This document shows positions 21,150-34,900 of a stretch of DNA of 64,000 bases, one piece after another (positions within the stretch are counted from its first letter, which is position 1; each line of letters opens with the position of its first letter). This DNA comes from Schizochytrium sp. TIO01 (Eukaryota > Protista > Bigyra: Labyrinthulomycetes): NCBI GenBank assembly GCA_004764695.1, contig SMSO01000034.1, positions 2,914,001 through 2,978,000 on the forward strand. Reading direction: 5' to 3'. Made by a program: the position numbers and the translations under genes. The notes beneath the pieces were generated by a model, which worked only from the letters and a program-made list of their open reading frames with translations, was not told the origin of the DNA and did not search any database.

Positions 21150-22554
21150 TTACTTGTACAACTCGAAGACGATGCACTTGCGCGGCTCGTCGCCAGTGTC
21201 CTCTTCGTCAGCGGGGCGGAAGCCGTTCGGGTTGTTGCTCTGCCAGCGCCAGGAGTCTGCAACAGCCTCTTCAATACCAATGGTGGCCTCCCAACCGAGC
21301 TCCTCGCGAGCCTTAGAAGGGTCACCGTAGCAGGTGCCAATGTCACCAGCACGGCGAGGCGCAATCTTGTACGGCACCTCGTGACCGCAGGCCTTCTCCA
21401 TGTGCTTGACCATCTCGAGCACCGAGGTACCGCTGCCAGTACCAAGGTTGTAGGCCACAGCACCCATACCCTGGTTGTCCATAACCTTCTTGATGGCAGC
21501 AACATGGCCCTTGGCAAGATCCACAACGTGAATGTAGTCACGGACACCGGTACCGTCAGGGGTATCCCAGTCGTCACCAAAGACGCCGAGCTCCTTGAGC
21601 TTGCCAACAGCAACCTGAGAAATGTAAGGAAGCAAGTTGTTGGGAATGCCCTTGGGATCCTCGCCGATCAAGCCACTGGGGTGGGCGCCGACCGGGTTGA
21701 AGTAGCGAAGGAGAGCGACACTCCATACATTCTGTTGTATTAATTCGCAAAGCAAAGTCCAAAGTGTTTTACAACATCGGAGGACGGATAATTTCGTTAG
21801 TCATTTCATGCACATCAGAATGGCCATCCTATGCAGCAAGATATACAAAGCTTTGCGCTCGCCGATCATGCAGGGGATCAAGAGAGGAGCTATCTCCATC
21901 CCCATACATTGAGCCAAAACGCTCGGATTTTACTGCAGGAGCGCACAATGCTCGAATAATCAAACTTACCGGCTCGCTAACATCGACATCGCGGAAGATC
22001 TCCTCGATGAAGAGCTTGGTCTTTCCGTACGGGTTGGTGGAGCGAAGAGGGTGGGTCTCAGGGATAGGGACCTCCTCAGGGTCACCGTAGACGGTGGCAC
22101 TGCTGGAGAAGGCGACGGCGTGGCAGTCGTGCTTCTTAAGCAAATGAATGAGGTTGATGGTGCTGTTGAGGTTGTTGGCATGGTAGAGAAGAGGCAGCTT
22201 GACGCTCTCACCGACGGCCTTGAGGCCGGCAAAGTGAATGCATGCCTGGAAGGGAGCGAACTTGTTGAAGACCTCAGTGGCACGGGGAAGGTCCACGAGG
22301 TCGCACTCGGCAACAAGGATGTCCTCTTCAGCACAGCCAGTGATCTGGCGCACACGCTTGAGGGACTCAATGTTGGAGTTGTCGAAGTTATCCACGACGA
22401 CCACACGGTAGCCGGCATCGAGGAGCTCGATCACAGTGTGAGAGCCAATGTAGCCGGCACCGCCGGTAACAAGGACGCAGTCCTTGCCTGATCCGCGAGC
22501 ACGTTCAATCAGCTCAGGGGGGCTGGTGAGGCCCGAGGTCGCATTGTTGCCCAT
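21150..22554 (-). CDS. GALE: UDP-glucose 4-epimerase; two exons, join(22554..21970,21731..21150)
   Basis: [38 protein letters not shown] (YxxxK), [10 protein letters not shown] and GVRDYIHV. Intron 21969-21732 (GTAAGT...CAACAG) restores SEP-NVWS. An upstream in-frame ATG exists at 22617. Confidence 0.96.
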
Positions 22555-23759
22555 CCTTTGTCTGCGTTGAGATCCACGTTTCCACCGTCTCGTGAGAGTG
22601 TCCTGTACCCAAGTCATTATGCCAGCCCAAGGTCAGTGCTCAATCTCCAAATCTCCCAAACCGAGGAAGCTCCTTCTTAGAACAGGCCAGATCTCCTCTA
22701 CTCTTCGCTTCAAAGATACGCGAAGATCTTTAATCAGGACGCCGCCAAGGCTACAAATGCCCGTCGGATTCCCGCTAATAACCCTACGCCCGCGGTGGTC
22801 TTCTCGAGTCCGGTTGCTCTTAGGAATCAACCGATCAGTCGATCAGCTCGAGGCCAAGGGCACCGCTCTTGGTCTGCGGTCGAGGCCTTTGGGGGTTTGC
22901 TGGCGAAGGGGCCTCATTGTAGCCTCACACTGCACTTACCTTGCTTGGTTGAGGTCGCGTGCGTCGACGATCGCGTGCTCGCGAGGTCTTCTGTTTCTGT
23001 TTCTGTTTCTGTTTGTGATTCTTCTGCGAAGTGACCGCTTTTTTTCGCTTTCACTTTTTCTCTTTGTTTCTCTTCCTTTTATTTATACCTACTCATACTA
23101 TTTCCTACTATATAACTTGAGCGTTCTTTTCAAAATCTAAGAATGTTTTTAATTTGCCTCAGCTTATCAGGGAAGAAAAGCCAAAAGACGTTGACCGAAA
23201 TCGTTTGCACGGGCACTATTCTCCTGGAGGATATCCCGTGATTGCAATCATCTCCATACATACCTCGCCATGTGGACCTTTTCTGTCAAGCTGAGCAAAA
23301 CGCTTCTTTTCTTTCATCGTCTTGTTTCATAGCTCATCGTCGCCAAAAAAGCAAAGTAGTCACTAAAATGAAAAGAGATGCAGAGAAAAAAAAATGAAAA
23401 TGGAAAAAGAAACACTTACAGGTTGGCACTTGGCCGAACAGGACACCGTGTATAACATAAAGTTAATATGGTGAGTGGTGCCGCGTTCTGTGCATCTTGC
23501 TGATTTTAGCATTGGCTCTTGCGAAGTAAGTGCTCTGCTACTTTTGATAGGGTTACCGAAACTTGCGTATCGAAAGGCCATGAAGGATGGAAACTCTACT
23601 AGGTTGCTGATGGCTAAGGAATCTGGGCAGCTTACCATTTGCTTCCTGTTCACTCATCACGTGCAGACCTGAGGTTTCAAGGAAATCTCGATGAGCGATT
23701 TTTTTTATTATTGTTCTTGCTTGACCAAGAGGCGCTTGAAGAATTTATAAACCTCAATC

Positions 23760-26700
23760 ATCATGAAACCTACCTCTGATGAAGACTTCAAGTTGTGATT
23801 TACTGTGATTGCTTTCGAATGGAGACTTTGAAGGCTAGGCTTATGAGGGCCCTTCGAGGCAGACTCTGAAGGCTCGAATATGAAATGGAGGTGGTAAGCA
23901 ATGCTCCTTGATCAGCTTGGAGAGCACTCAAACTTGTTAAATGATGCTGGCACTTTCCGGAGCTGGAATTCGCTGGAGTTTTCACACGACGCGCGGAAAA
24001 CTGCTGAAAACTGCTGTATAGCTGGTGCTGACCATGGTATACCATTTACAATGATAGTCGTTCATCATGGTAGTAGTGCTGCTTAGTTGCTGGACAGTGT
24101 GTGCTTTCTTGTGAGCATTCCAACTTTGACTCTAACAGGTAGTAGTTTGCCGGAGCATACCATTCTGAGAGCGTAAACGACGGACGGGACCTCGAACCTT
24201 GTCGTGGCCAGCGAAGCATGCAAGTAGAAGCAAGCAATTAGCAAACGAAAACTAAAAACACACAATCCCTTCAAGTGTTGTCCTTACATGCGCTTGGAGA
24301 ATATTGCAGTAAGATTACATTACATAACAAGCAGGAGCTGCACGTGCTCAGCGACAGCAACAACAATGGCAAAAATAACTTGGTGGCCATCAGCGGTGAA
24401 CACGACAACAATAACCGCAAGAACAAAAACTTGCAAGAATTCAGCGAGCCGAGCAGTCCCTATGAGCGTAAGTAAATCGCTGTGTCTCAGCAGCTGTGCT
24501 CTTCTATTAACACGCTTCTGGAAACAACAAAAACCTCAAGCTTCTCGCTCAAGAGGTTTTCAGAAAATGAAGCGGCCTCCTCGTGCTACATTATTTATCA
24601 CGACGTTGTCCAACTTGATGAAAGCCTGCTGGAATCATGGTATGACAAACTTAAGCCTCGAGAACACCATCGCGGTTGCTCAGCTCTCCATAATGGCATG
24701 CACTCTTCGTGTGCGCACTGTAGTGCAAATCATCAATGAAATCGATGAATACCAGCCAAATTGCCGTGAACCGCACTTATCCCAGCACTATGAAACCGCA
24801 GGTGGACCAGGCCAGCCCCTCGTGGCCAGAACCCTCATCACGTGCAGCGAGCGAGCAAGTCAGCGTCAGAGTAGCAAGCGTCACGTCTCACGTGCGGCGC
24901 GAACTTGTTCGGTCTTGAGGTCTAAGCTCTCGTGCGTCGAGCGGAACTTGGGCCCAGCCAGCGCGTGCGGATCTCCACCAGACTCAGGTCGCTGTCGGCT
25001 TCCTGATAGGAGTTCTGGTAGGAGTTGATAAGAGAAACTGGGCTCGCCAGAGGTCACTTTTCATGGTCCACATGAGCATCATCAGAAGAAATGTGGAGAA
25101 GCGTGGTCATTTGACGTTGTGGAGAAGAGGTGGCGCTCCGCCATCAACATGGCTGAATGCCAGAGGCCGGCGAAAGATGGTATGGAAGGCCTTTTTGATA
25201 AAACGGGACTGCTGCGCGTACCTAACGTATTTAGAGCTAGAGTTGTAGGAGGCGCAAAGTGCGACACTCTTGCTTCATGCACTACAGAATGTAGGAATCA
25301 TACGAATTTGAGAGAACAGTGGCACAAGTTTTTGTCAATATGCTATGATTCGCATTGATGAAAGTGACAATTCTGTGAATTGAATTGGGACTTACGTTCA
25401 AAGTAAGCGAGGATTTTGTGGACGAAATTATGGACAATAGAATCGATCCCATCGCTTGTTTAGCGAATATGTAAATGGTACACATGTAGGCACTCGGAAT
25501 TGTCTCGACTTACGCAGCTACAATGCATACCTCGAGCGCGTCGTTCAACTCCTGCGCGTGATTCTCCTATTTTCGGTGTTCATTTTTCATGTACATGTCG
25601 AGGCAGTTCCGAACACAATCTGTATATAACTACTATTGTCACTATGCACGACAGGAATTCTTTAAGTGAGAACTGCTTCGAAAATGTTGCGATACGAGTA
25701 TTATGAGAAGAATCTAAAGGCTAATCAGGGATATGTTAATAATAAAACCAATCTAAGATGCCTTGCAAGTGTTGTCCTTCGCAGAGATCTGTTGAGGCTG
25801 ATTTATGCACATCACAGTACAGGAAGCTTTCAAGGCATAACTTCGAGCGAGGAACTCCCTCGCTCATGTTTCATAATAGGTTGAATGTGATAAGACATCC
25901 TTCGTCGTCGTTACTTTCTAGTACGCACTACACTAGAACAAATAGCTCGTTCTTTAACTTTTCTGGATTATGTATTCCTGTGGAAGATCAATGCTTACTA
26001 ACTTAGATATTAACAAATGTTGTTCGCTTTCTTCACCGGGAGAATCTAGGCGTACATAAGTTGACATGTCTAGGCGAGTAATTGGTCGTTTTCAAAAATA
26101 ATCATATAAGAAGTGTTCACGCGGTTTCATGATGCTACTCACAATGATAATCTTGACTTTCAGTGCTCACGTAGTTAGAGATACATTTCAATTCAACAGT
26201 CTATGTAAGATGTGTATTCCTATATAGGTAAGACATGGGTAAACATGAAGATGCTAATTTACAGACTCAGCTTCATAACGTTTCGTTGTTCCTGCATGTG
26301 CGGTCACCCGTTACGCATATCGACTGTCGTCGAACTAGCAATGAATGCAATCGTTGCCCTATGAAGCCTTGTTGTCAAAATTTCGACCAGAACAGTATCG
26401 ATCGGCGCTATCTTATAAGATGTTAAAACTACGTTTCTTGCCTTTTTCCAATTAAAGATGGGGTATGTCTGAAATTAAACTTTGCGATCAGATAAGTTTA
26501 CTGCGATGCCATGAACGTTTGCATTAGAAAGTGTAGCGCTGTTTAACCCAAGGTTATGCATGTTTTCAATCACTATATTCACTGTATCTGGCGCCCAAGC
26601 AAGGCATGCTCATCTATCCACTACGAAGTCACTCGAGGAAGGCGCCCTAGGCACGTGCTGCTGGCATGACAGAGTTGGCGCTATTGGTATTTTAGAGGCC

Positions 26701-28870
26701 GTTTGCTGCTTTGGGCTCTTGGCTGTTTTATCTTCATGCCAGCTTTATCTCCATATTGTTACCAGTGCAGGCGTTAATCTGACAAGTCCGCCGACGTGGC
26801 CTATCATAAACTCAAGCCAGCGATTATATACAACCACGGCGACACGTGACTGACAGGCTGACAATTGCGACAGTGGCCACAAGTGCTGTTATTGTCAGCG
26901 CCGTGGCCATCCGTAGGTATGGTATCTAGCTATGGCGCGGGGCGGAACACACTCCCCTGAATACCCAAACATGGGATAAAACCCACAACAACTTAAGTTG
27001 AGCATGCTGATGGCGCTCAATGCGCTGTGAGTCTGCTTGGCCCTGCCATGCAAGAGCCAAGTGCTGAGTTCGGGATGCTCTGAGGGAGATAGGCCATATA
27101 GAGAGAGGCAGGTGGCTATTACATGACCTGAACAGAGAGAGCTCAAGAGTCGCTTTCAAGAATTGAAGACTAAAATGTGCGCCGAAGTAATTCTTTCTGT
27201 AGCTATGAAGCAAAGGATGCTCAACAGGCAACGAGTGCATGTTGAGTTGAGACTCCTGAGGTCGTTGGTCGGGTCCTTCGCAGCCGAAGCGTAGACCTGC
27301 CCTGGCCCGATTGAAAGCGACGGTGCTTGAGCCATCGGAGTTGATCCCAGTTCGACTGACTTCGTCCGTCTGCTGGAAAGGACGAAGACCCGATGCAGAT
27401 GTAATTCCGCCTGCCAACTCATGAGTTCCAAGTTCGCAGGCGATGGGATAAATATACCTTCTACTGCATTCATTTTCCGAGTCCCGATCCTGATCTATGA
27501 TCTGTGGTGCCTCGCAGGCAAGAACTCGAAGGCGTCGAGGTGCTGCACAACCAGTCAGAATGACGATGGGCTCCGGGCTCTTGAGACGCCATGGCTGCTT
27601 CAGTCCGAGGCATCTTGGGTCTAGTTCGTTCATGAGCAGCGGCACTTCTCTTTGGGGGTTCTGCGGATTAAAACTCGCGCTGGCTGGCTGGCACGAGTGA
27701 GGCGTGTGGCATGATAAAGTCAGAATCTTGGAACAACCGATATTGATGACAACCTCAGTCCCACTGACGTTTCTTGAAGATCTCAAGTCGCCAAGGCGTG
27801 AAGACATGCCGGAGTGTCCAGATGCGTTGGCCGTCAAGATGTCTTCGGCGCTTGCGAAATGAAACCTTCGAGGCCCACGCAATGCTTAGCTTAGTGGCTG
27901 GGCCGTTGCCTTTGGCAGCCACCGCCGCCGCCGGCGTGGCCATACGTTTTAGATATTGCGAGCCACAAATGTAATCGTGGCACCTTTGGCGAGAGATCGA
28001 TCGACTCGTGATTCTGGACGCCATGAATGGCTACGACCAAGCTATTGGCGATGCTGAAGATCGCAGTGCTACCGACCCGAACCTTTGCCAAACGAGCGGC
28101 ACTTTTTCACGTGCTTGGAGTTCTTGGTTGTGAGAATTAGGCATCTTCAGCCAGTAAATTAATAAATACCTTCGACTTTGGGCCCACTTGGTTATTGTCA
28201 TTCGACTTGTAAAGCTCAGCTCCACCCAATCGAAGGCGAGCGTGCGTAGAAGAGAACCAAGGAGGGAAGCTCATGAACCGTGAAGGCAACTTGGCACCCT
28301 GCTCCGATTCACATTTTGACTTCGAATGCCACTCAAAAGGCCTCGTAAAGGCCTTCACAAGCTGCCCGAATACATCCGTATTATGCACCCTTGTACGAAC
28401 GCATAAATGCGTGGTTTGCGGGTCTCTGAGACACCAACGCCAGCGAGTTGCGAATGATCCGAATCTCATTTCCTGAAAGATCCACCGCACGGCGACCAAA
28501 AACTTCAACTTGAGAAAGGGTTGAACGAAGAGATGCCCAAATTGGAGGGCAAGAAATTCATCTCTTTCTCACAGTCTCGGCGTAATCTGGGTGGTTCGGG
28601 GAAACCGGAGCTATCCTCATTTGCACGCGCTCGGAGAAACCCGCCTGCGCTGACACTACTACGGTGCCCTGAGCGCGTGCTTTTTGCACTTCAATTGCCA
28701 TCGCTCCCGCTTCGAAAGTGGAGCCTTCTCCGGGACTCTAAGGAGGAGAGGCTTTGCTGCTCAGGAAATCTCCGCAGCGGCTCCCAATTATCGCTGGTCG
28801 ATATCCCGACGGATGATGCGAATATGCTGTTACGCGCGTGCTCGATATTTTGCATATTGGTACTTTACTA
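23760..28870 (+). pseudogene. Decayed coding-like region (multiple stop/frameshift-interrupted fragments), origin unresolved
   Basis: Coding-like composition with protein-like fragments continuing in frame across single stops (e.g. 24275-24739, 27774-28130). No intact ORF or recognisable domain. Confidence 0.35.
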
Positions 28871-29560
28871 ACAATGATGATGTGATATATATATACATAT
28901 ATGTAATGTATAATTTTGATAGAATTAATTAAAGTTAATTTCCATTTAATTAAAAAAAAGAAAAGAAAAAGAGGACCTCGTCGAAGTTTCACTAAGCAAT
29001 TGAATCCCTCGTTTCAGTAATTCGCGCTTTTCCAGGCGGTCTTCGGAGCCCGCATTCTTGCAGGGATCTAGCCAAGGCTGGCTGTGGCAGGCAGGCTAAT
29101 GGGAATAACGACATACAGAAAAGCGCCAATTGAAATAAGCAACTTACACCGAGATACTGATTTTCTGGAGGACTTGAAAGAAAGAAAACCTTGTTGGAGG
29201 TCCGCAGTTTTTGTGCAGGTAGAAAACCACTTCGATTCGGAGATATAATTTATGATAAAAATAATTTTATAGTACACCCCAGGAGATGGTGGGTAAGCAA
29301 GTAAGGCATGGGAAAATAGAGTACACTCCAGGTCTAATTGGGAGTTATATTGGTGTCCCCGTAAACACTTTTGCCGAGGAGCGGGGACCCTGGCGAGATG
29401 GCGGCTCTTGCCACGCGACCAAACTCAACAAAACCACATTTGGTTTTGCTTACGATAAGCCAGTTAAGGAATTGTCTCTTCTGAAGAGCTTGCACGGCTG
29501 CGTGTCTTGACGTGGTTGGTCGTGCTGGCGCCGTCGAGACGCCTAAGGCTTTAGAAGACT

Positions 29561-30007
29561 ATGATGCGTCGACTGAGCGTGAGGAAGTCCCTCCGTAGCA
29601 AGGCCAAGTCGCCAGCTCAGAGGGACTCAAAGGACGACGAAACCCACGAACAATGTAAAAGCCGCTTATCTGGGGATGATGACTTCGACAACGATGATTG
29701 CTTCTTCGACGAGGTCGATGGATCCGAGTTTGACGTGGAGTCGAAACGAGTTTCCGAGAGAAGAGTATCTTCGCTTGTGCTTAAATTTATTGAGTCCAAG
29801 TACGCAAGAATGGGCCGCGAGGCGGATGCTAAAGAAAAGTGTCATGAGGATGGCACTCCATTTGCGGACGACAGCGAAAGCGAAAGTCAAAACCGTTCAA
29901 CATCGATACACAGCTCAGGATTCAGTCATATCGATGAAGTCCGAGAGCAGCAGAAACGTCTTCATAGCAATCCCGAAGTGCACCGCGTCTCCATCTGGAA
30001 AACCTGA
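29561..30007 (+). CDS. Short orphan protein (basic N-terminus, acidic middle)
   Basis: ATG-started 148-codon ORF with coding-like composition in AT-richer flanks; no recognised domain. Confidence 0.5.
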   Translation: MMRRLSVRKSLRSKAKSPAQRDSKDDETHEQCKSRLSGDDDFDNDDCFFDEVDGSEFDVESKRVSERRVSSLVLKFIESKYARMGREADAKEKCHEDGTPFADDSESESQNRSTSIHSSGFSHIDEVREQQKRLHSNPEVHRVSIWKT

Positions 30008-30991
30008 GCTGTTATCTTTTCTTTTCCCATCTCAGTTGAGATTCATTTTCTTAAGTCGAACATTTGCGTCTGGAGCCTGGTCATCTGAACTCCTGAAAGA
30101 TATTGAGCAATGCGATACAACCTCGCATTTTGGAGTTCATTATAACGAAGCCTCGGTCCCCAGGTTCCAAGATTAACAAACTTACGCAACGCAAAAGCAG
30201 CAGTTGCGTGCATAGATAATTAAGTTTGCCCAATGCAAACAAACTTTATCTTTGCTTGTCGCTCCTGTCACCTACTGGCAACTTTCTTCATTTGTTATAT
30301 AAATAAGTAACTGTACAATGCATCTACAAAATCGATTCTATACATTGGTTCACTGCAAGGTCAATTTGTTGTTCCCAAAGAAAAGGAAACGAGCATAACC
30401 TAACTTAGGAAGCACAAAGTAGAGTGCTAAGAACAATCTAAGCGTCTCTGTATATGTAGACAACACAGTCTTCACAATTTACTAAAGTGATTAGGACAGT
30501 ATCTCTAGAGTAAGGATCGTTACCATGAGGTAGACTGTAAAGGACTTAATGTATTTGTCGGGGGGGGAATGTTCCTATTGATCCAAACGACAATGGATAT
30601 CTTCAGAGGACTAGATTATTTTACAAACTTTTAAGACTGACATAATAACCGATTGTTTATAGAACTGGTTATCAATCTAAAATTGCTCCTCTGCTCCCTT
30701 GATATATTTCAAATGTAATGGATTTTAATTTTATAATCTCTGGCTCGGTCACGCAAGAGGATTTACGCTATTGCATCGAGAAGTGTTCCTCTCCATCTCA
30801 AATATTATAGTTTCGGGCCCTGCATGAAAAAATGTTTTAATTGAATACCTAGGTAGTAGAACTCAAAGGAGCGCTTACAAAATAAAAAAACGTCAAATAA
30901 AAGGAACACAGAAAATAGTTCCACAATATTGGCTACAATGCATCAGAGACAGAACTAGAAAAGCTAGTTACTGCTGCTTCAGACTCTTGCC

Positions 30992-31816
30992 ATGACGGTT
31001 CTACTGCACTCACCGGTGGTGAGCGGGCGAGTTCTTGAGTTTCTAGATGTACGCTGTGCTGGTCGCCTCGCGTGCTGCTCAACAGATCTGCTCAGAGCGG
31101 TCGATGAAAACGACGCGTTCTGGGCCTTTCAGGCAGCAAAGGCGGAAGGCAATACAGCGCCGGCACCCAAGCGAGCGAGGCGGTCAACGCGGCATCAGAC
31201 AAGCGCCAAAGACACTTGCAGAAGGAGTTTCATGACTCGTGTAGGTAGAGCTGAAATTTTTGTTTTGCGGCTCTCAGGATTGTTGTCTTCCGGACGGCTC
31301 TCGGTACCGAATGTTCGAACACTCATGAAAGAGCTTGAGCCATTGGACATCGGACATTATTTCAATACGTTGGAGTCTTCAGCGCTCCTGGAGGTTGTCA
31401 AGGCCCGTAAGGTCCGCGAGCAGAAGATTGTTGCTGTAGTGAAGATGTTTTTAAACACAGCTGCGCCCGGTAAATTTCCTGTTGATCAATGCGCTCAGGA
31501 CGGTATGACTGCGCTTTGCCTTGCCTCTGCTCGAGGACTTCCAAACGTGGCGAAAACTCTCATTGAGGCAGGCGCTTCTCAAGACATTGAAGGGCAAGGT
31601 TGTTTCATGTCACCTTCACAAAAACGCATTAATGGAAGCTTCACGCCAATAGGCTGGGTCCAACACATGATTGCCATAGTCTCTGCTCATGAAAACAAAC
31701 AAGAAGAACACAACGAACTGTTACGAAACTATCGAAAATGTGAAAAAATATTCAATGCAAAGACTCATGTTGCTGCATCTATCGTTGCGTCAACTTCTCC
31801 CCGCAATTCTACTTAA
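30992..31816 (+). CDS. F-box-like plus ankyrin-repeat protein
   Basis: N-terminal VSGRVLEFLDVRCAGRLACCS...FW is an F-box-like pattern. Ankyrin repeat DGMTALCLASARG..VAKTLIEAGA. PKRARR is NLS-like. Confidence 0.7.
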   Translation: MTVLLHSPVVSGRVLEFLDVRCAGRLACCSTDLLRAVDENDAFWAFQAAKAEGNTAPAPKRARRSTRHQTSAKDTCRRSFMTRVGRAEIFVLRLSGLLSSGRLSVPNVRTLMKELEPLDIGHYFNTLESSALLEVVKARKVREQKIVAVVKMFLNTAAPGKFPVDQCAQDGMTALCLASARGLPNVAKTLIEAGASQDIEGQGCFMSPSQKRINGSFTPIGWVQHMIAIVSAHENKQEEHNELLRNYRKCEKIFNAKTHVAASIVASTSPRNST

Positions 31817-31951
31817 CTCAAATTTCTGTTTGGCTACTACAGTAAGTTTGTCAAAGTCGACAAGTTACTTCATTGACATTGTAGTGAGGGTTGCCGCAGG
31901 TGCAAACACTGAAAGATAGGATATTGCTGCAAGTGTGGGCCGTGGATCATT

Positions 31952-34900
31952 TTAAAGTGATGGATAGGCAGACGGGAACTTGTGCAAAGTCAGAATGGCC
32001 TGCTCCTTAGCAAGATACGTCCAGCCAAGCTCGTTGTACAACTGCATTCTTGTTTCCTCAAGCTCCTTACTGGTCAACGGCAATGGCAAAGTGTCGAGGC
32101 TAGCACCAGGCTCCGCAAGCTTCTTATCCAAAACTTGCAAAGCAGTTGCAGGGCGCCCTTGTGCTCGGTGGCGGTCCATTCGGAGCTGTTGAAGGCTAAG
32201 ATCTTTGCTCTCCCCGATACGGGTCAAGAGGTCCTGAACCTCGTCACTAGGCTCAAAGGAAGCAGCATAAGACTTAACAACCAATGCCTCAACGAGTACA
32301 GAACGACGGTCCTGGACCTTTTTGGTTGCATCCTTTTGCTTTTCGGTTTGACCTACATCATCCAAGTCTCCAGCAGACTTGAATTTGGGAAGTGCAGCAA
32401 GAAGACTCTCCGTATCCACAAGACGGATTACCTCGTCACAAGCTGCTGTCAGCCGTGCACGCACAGTACCATCGTCCTCTTCTTTAGATCCACCACCCTT
32501 GGCCTCGTCTTCAGCAGAGGGGCTCTTCGAGTTAATAACGCGCAAAGTCTTCTTGTGCTTTGCAACCAAGCGCAACATGTCAGCCTTTGCAATTTGAAGA
32601 GCATAGCTAGCAATCTCTTCAGCCTCTTCTTCACAATCGGTATACTTTTCCTTCGCAGACTGGATCGCCTCACGTGCCTTGCCCATAACATCAGAGAAGA
32701 AGCTGTCCATCTCCTCTGAAGTCTTCTTTCGCAATTCCTCAATGGCCTTAGCTCGGGCCTTGATTATAGGCAGAATATCATGCTTGTAAATAGCACGTTT
32801 CAACTCCTTTTCCTTATCCGCGGGGGTCTCAGCCACCTTCTTCTCTTCCTTGATGTCCTCTTCCGTCTCGTTTCCGTCCATAGTTGCATTATCATCACAT
32901 GTCTCGCTCACATCATCACCCAAGGTTGGACCTTCAGGTCCACTCCCGGGCGAGGAAATAACAGCTACTTCAATAGGATAACCATCAGGGTGGCGATCAG
33001 TTCCAATCGTTTGCGTGTTACGACTGTTGCGGCGCCCGTAGGTGACTGTTCCGCTCAAAACATCGCCTGGGGCAATTCCCTTGGGCAAGTTCTTCGACAT
33101 ATCCTTGTATAACGGGAGTGCAAAGAACACCACGCAAGTCTCGCCTTGCGAAAGTACCTTGGCTGAAAAGCTTTGGGTACCTGTCGTGGCTCCACCTCGG
33201 GTCTTGTATGCTGAGAGGCTAATGTCGGAACTCAGTGACCGTTCCACGACAATGGGCATTTCTCGAAGACGTTCTAGGAGCGAAACCTTCTCATGGCGCA
33301 CAAACACGCGAGCAGTTACGCTGCCTTTGGGCACTTCAACTGCTTTGGGCCACGCATCTTGGTGTTTAATAAGACGTTTGTTGCCGTCTAAAAGCGTGCA
33401 CATCTGCGAGTCAAACGGGGAGTCATATAAAAGTTGGTCAAGTTGCGGCAGCTTGACGGTGAGTTTACCTGTCTCAGCCTGCTTAAAGCTGTACTCAAGC
33501 AGCAGGCCGTACTCCGGGCGTGTTACGCTGGCAAGAAGGTTATCGCGAGGACCTGGCGTTAGAACCTGTAAGCTTGTCTTGGATGCATTCGGGCGCACCG
33601 CATGGCTCCAGGTCTTAAGTTTGGCTGTCGGGTGAACACGCACGCTGCCAAGATCTGCGCGAAGCTCAACTTTAGCAATACCGGCAGAGTTCGCAGGCAT
33701 AGTAAGCTTGCTCGGAATCGGGGTAACACCGGCGAATCGAACCTCGATATCAATCGGTCCTGTACCCAAGCTACTCCAGTACTGTGCAACACAGACCTCA
33801 ACAGTGCCGCCTTCCTTGACGGCCATCGCTCGAGAACCAGCAGCAGTGGGCTCTTGACGAAGCGACATAGCTGTGGAAAGCTCGTCGTCACGGTAGTTGC
33901 CTTGTTGACGCATTTGTAGGCAATGCACGTAAAATGTACGCGAAGCACCATCGGTCACGGTATGGGGCTGCCCAGCAGTTGGGCGAAGGATAATATCCAT
34001 CCAGGTTGCGCCTGAAGGGACTGCGATGAAATGACGAACGATGTCACCTGGAGTGAACTGTACATTCTGGTACCTTTTTACGGGCTCGTAGCGGAGCCGT
34101 GCAACAGAGGCAGCAGGTGCTACAGGGGCATCGCGAGCGAGGGCACATGTCTCTGGGCGTACTACAGTTACAGGAATTGTGAAAAGTGGCATGTCCTTAA
34201 ATTCCGGATCAAAGGCTTGCACCTGCGCGAAATGAACCTGGTTGCGTCCATCCGAGGAATCTGGCAGTGCTTGGGTCTCTACAGCGACCTTGACTGAGAC
34301 AACACCAGCATGCAACATAACAAACGGCGTGGCTTGTACCCAAGGTGCTGTTGTGCGAATGTGCAGACGCGCTTCGAGCTTGTTACGGTCGCGTTGCTCG
34401 TGCATAATGAGGGACTCAAGGTGCGCACGACGTTGTACGCTCATATCCTCGCTTGGGCGTGGTGCCTCCTCAGCATCTTCAGTTGGAAACTCAGGTTCGA
34501 CCTGCACGACAAATTCTCGCGTTTCATGAGTTTCCCAAGGTTCGCGCAAGTAAATTCCACAAGCAGGTCCTCCGTTCACGCGCGCTTCTTCTTGAGAAAC
34601 GTGGATACGGTACGGCGTTTCGAAATGCAGACCACCAGAACCACGTCTGAGAAGGTCAAAGGTCTTGGCTACCTGGATCAGGCCACTTCCTTGTGCATGA
34701 ACTTCTGTGCCGGGCACAGGGACTGCAGCAGCTTCGAGTGCCCGTTTGATCATGCACGGAGTGTACTTGATACCCTCGGCTCGGAGACCAGAAAGGACCA
34801 GAGCGATGCCACCAGCAGCATTTGGGGACGCCATCGAGGTGCCGTTCATGAGTCGCTTCTGACGCAAGGTCCATTCAGGCACAGCAGCGATTGCGGCTCC

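Noticed and set aside
26926-27882. 318-codon minus-strand ORF
   Set aside because: Non-ATG start, no recognisable domain, and it lies within the decayed region.
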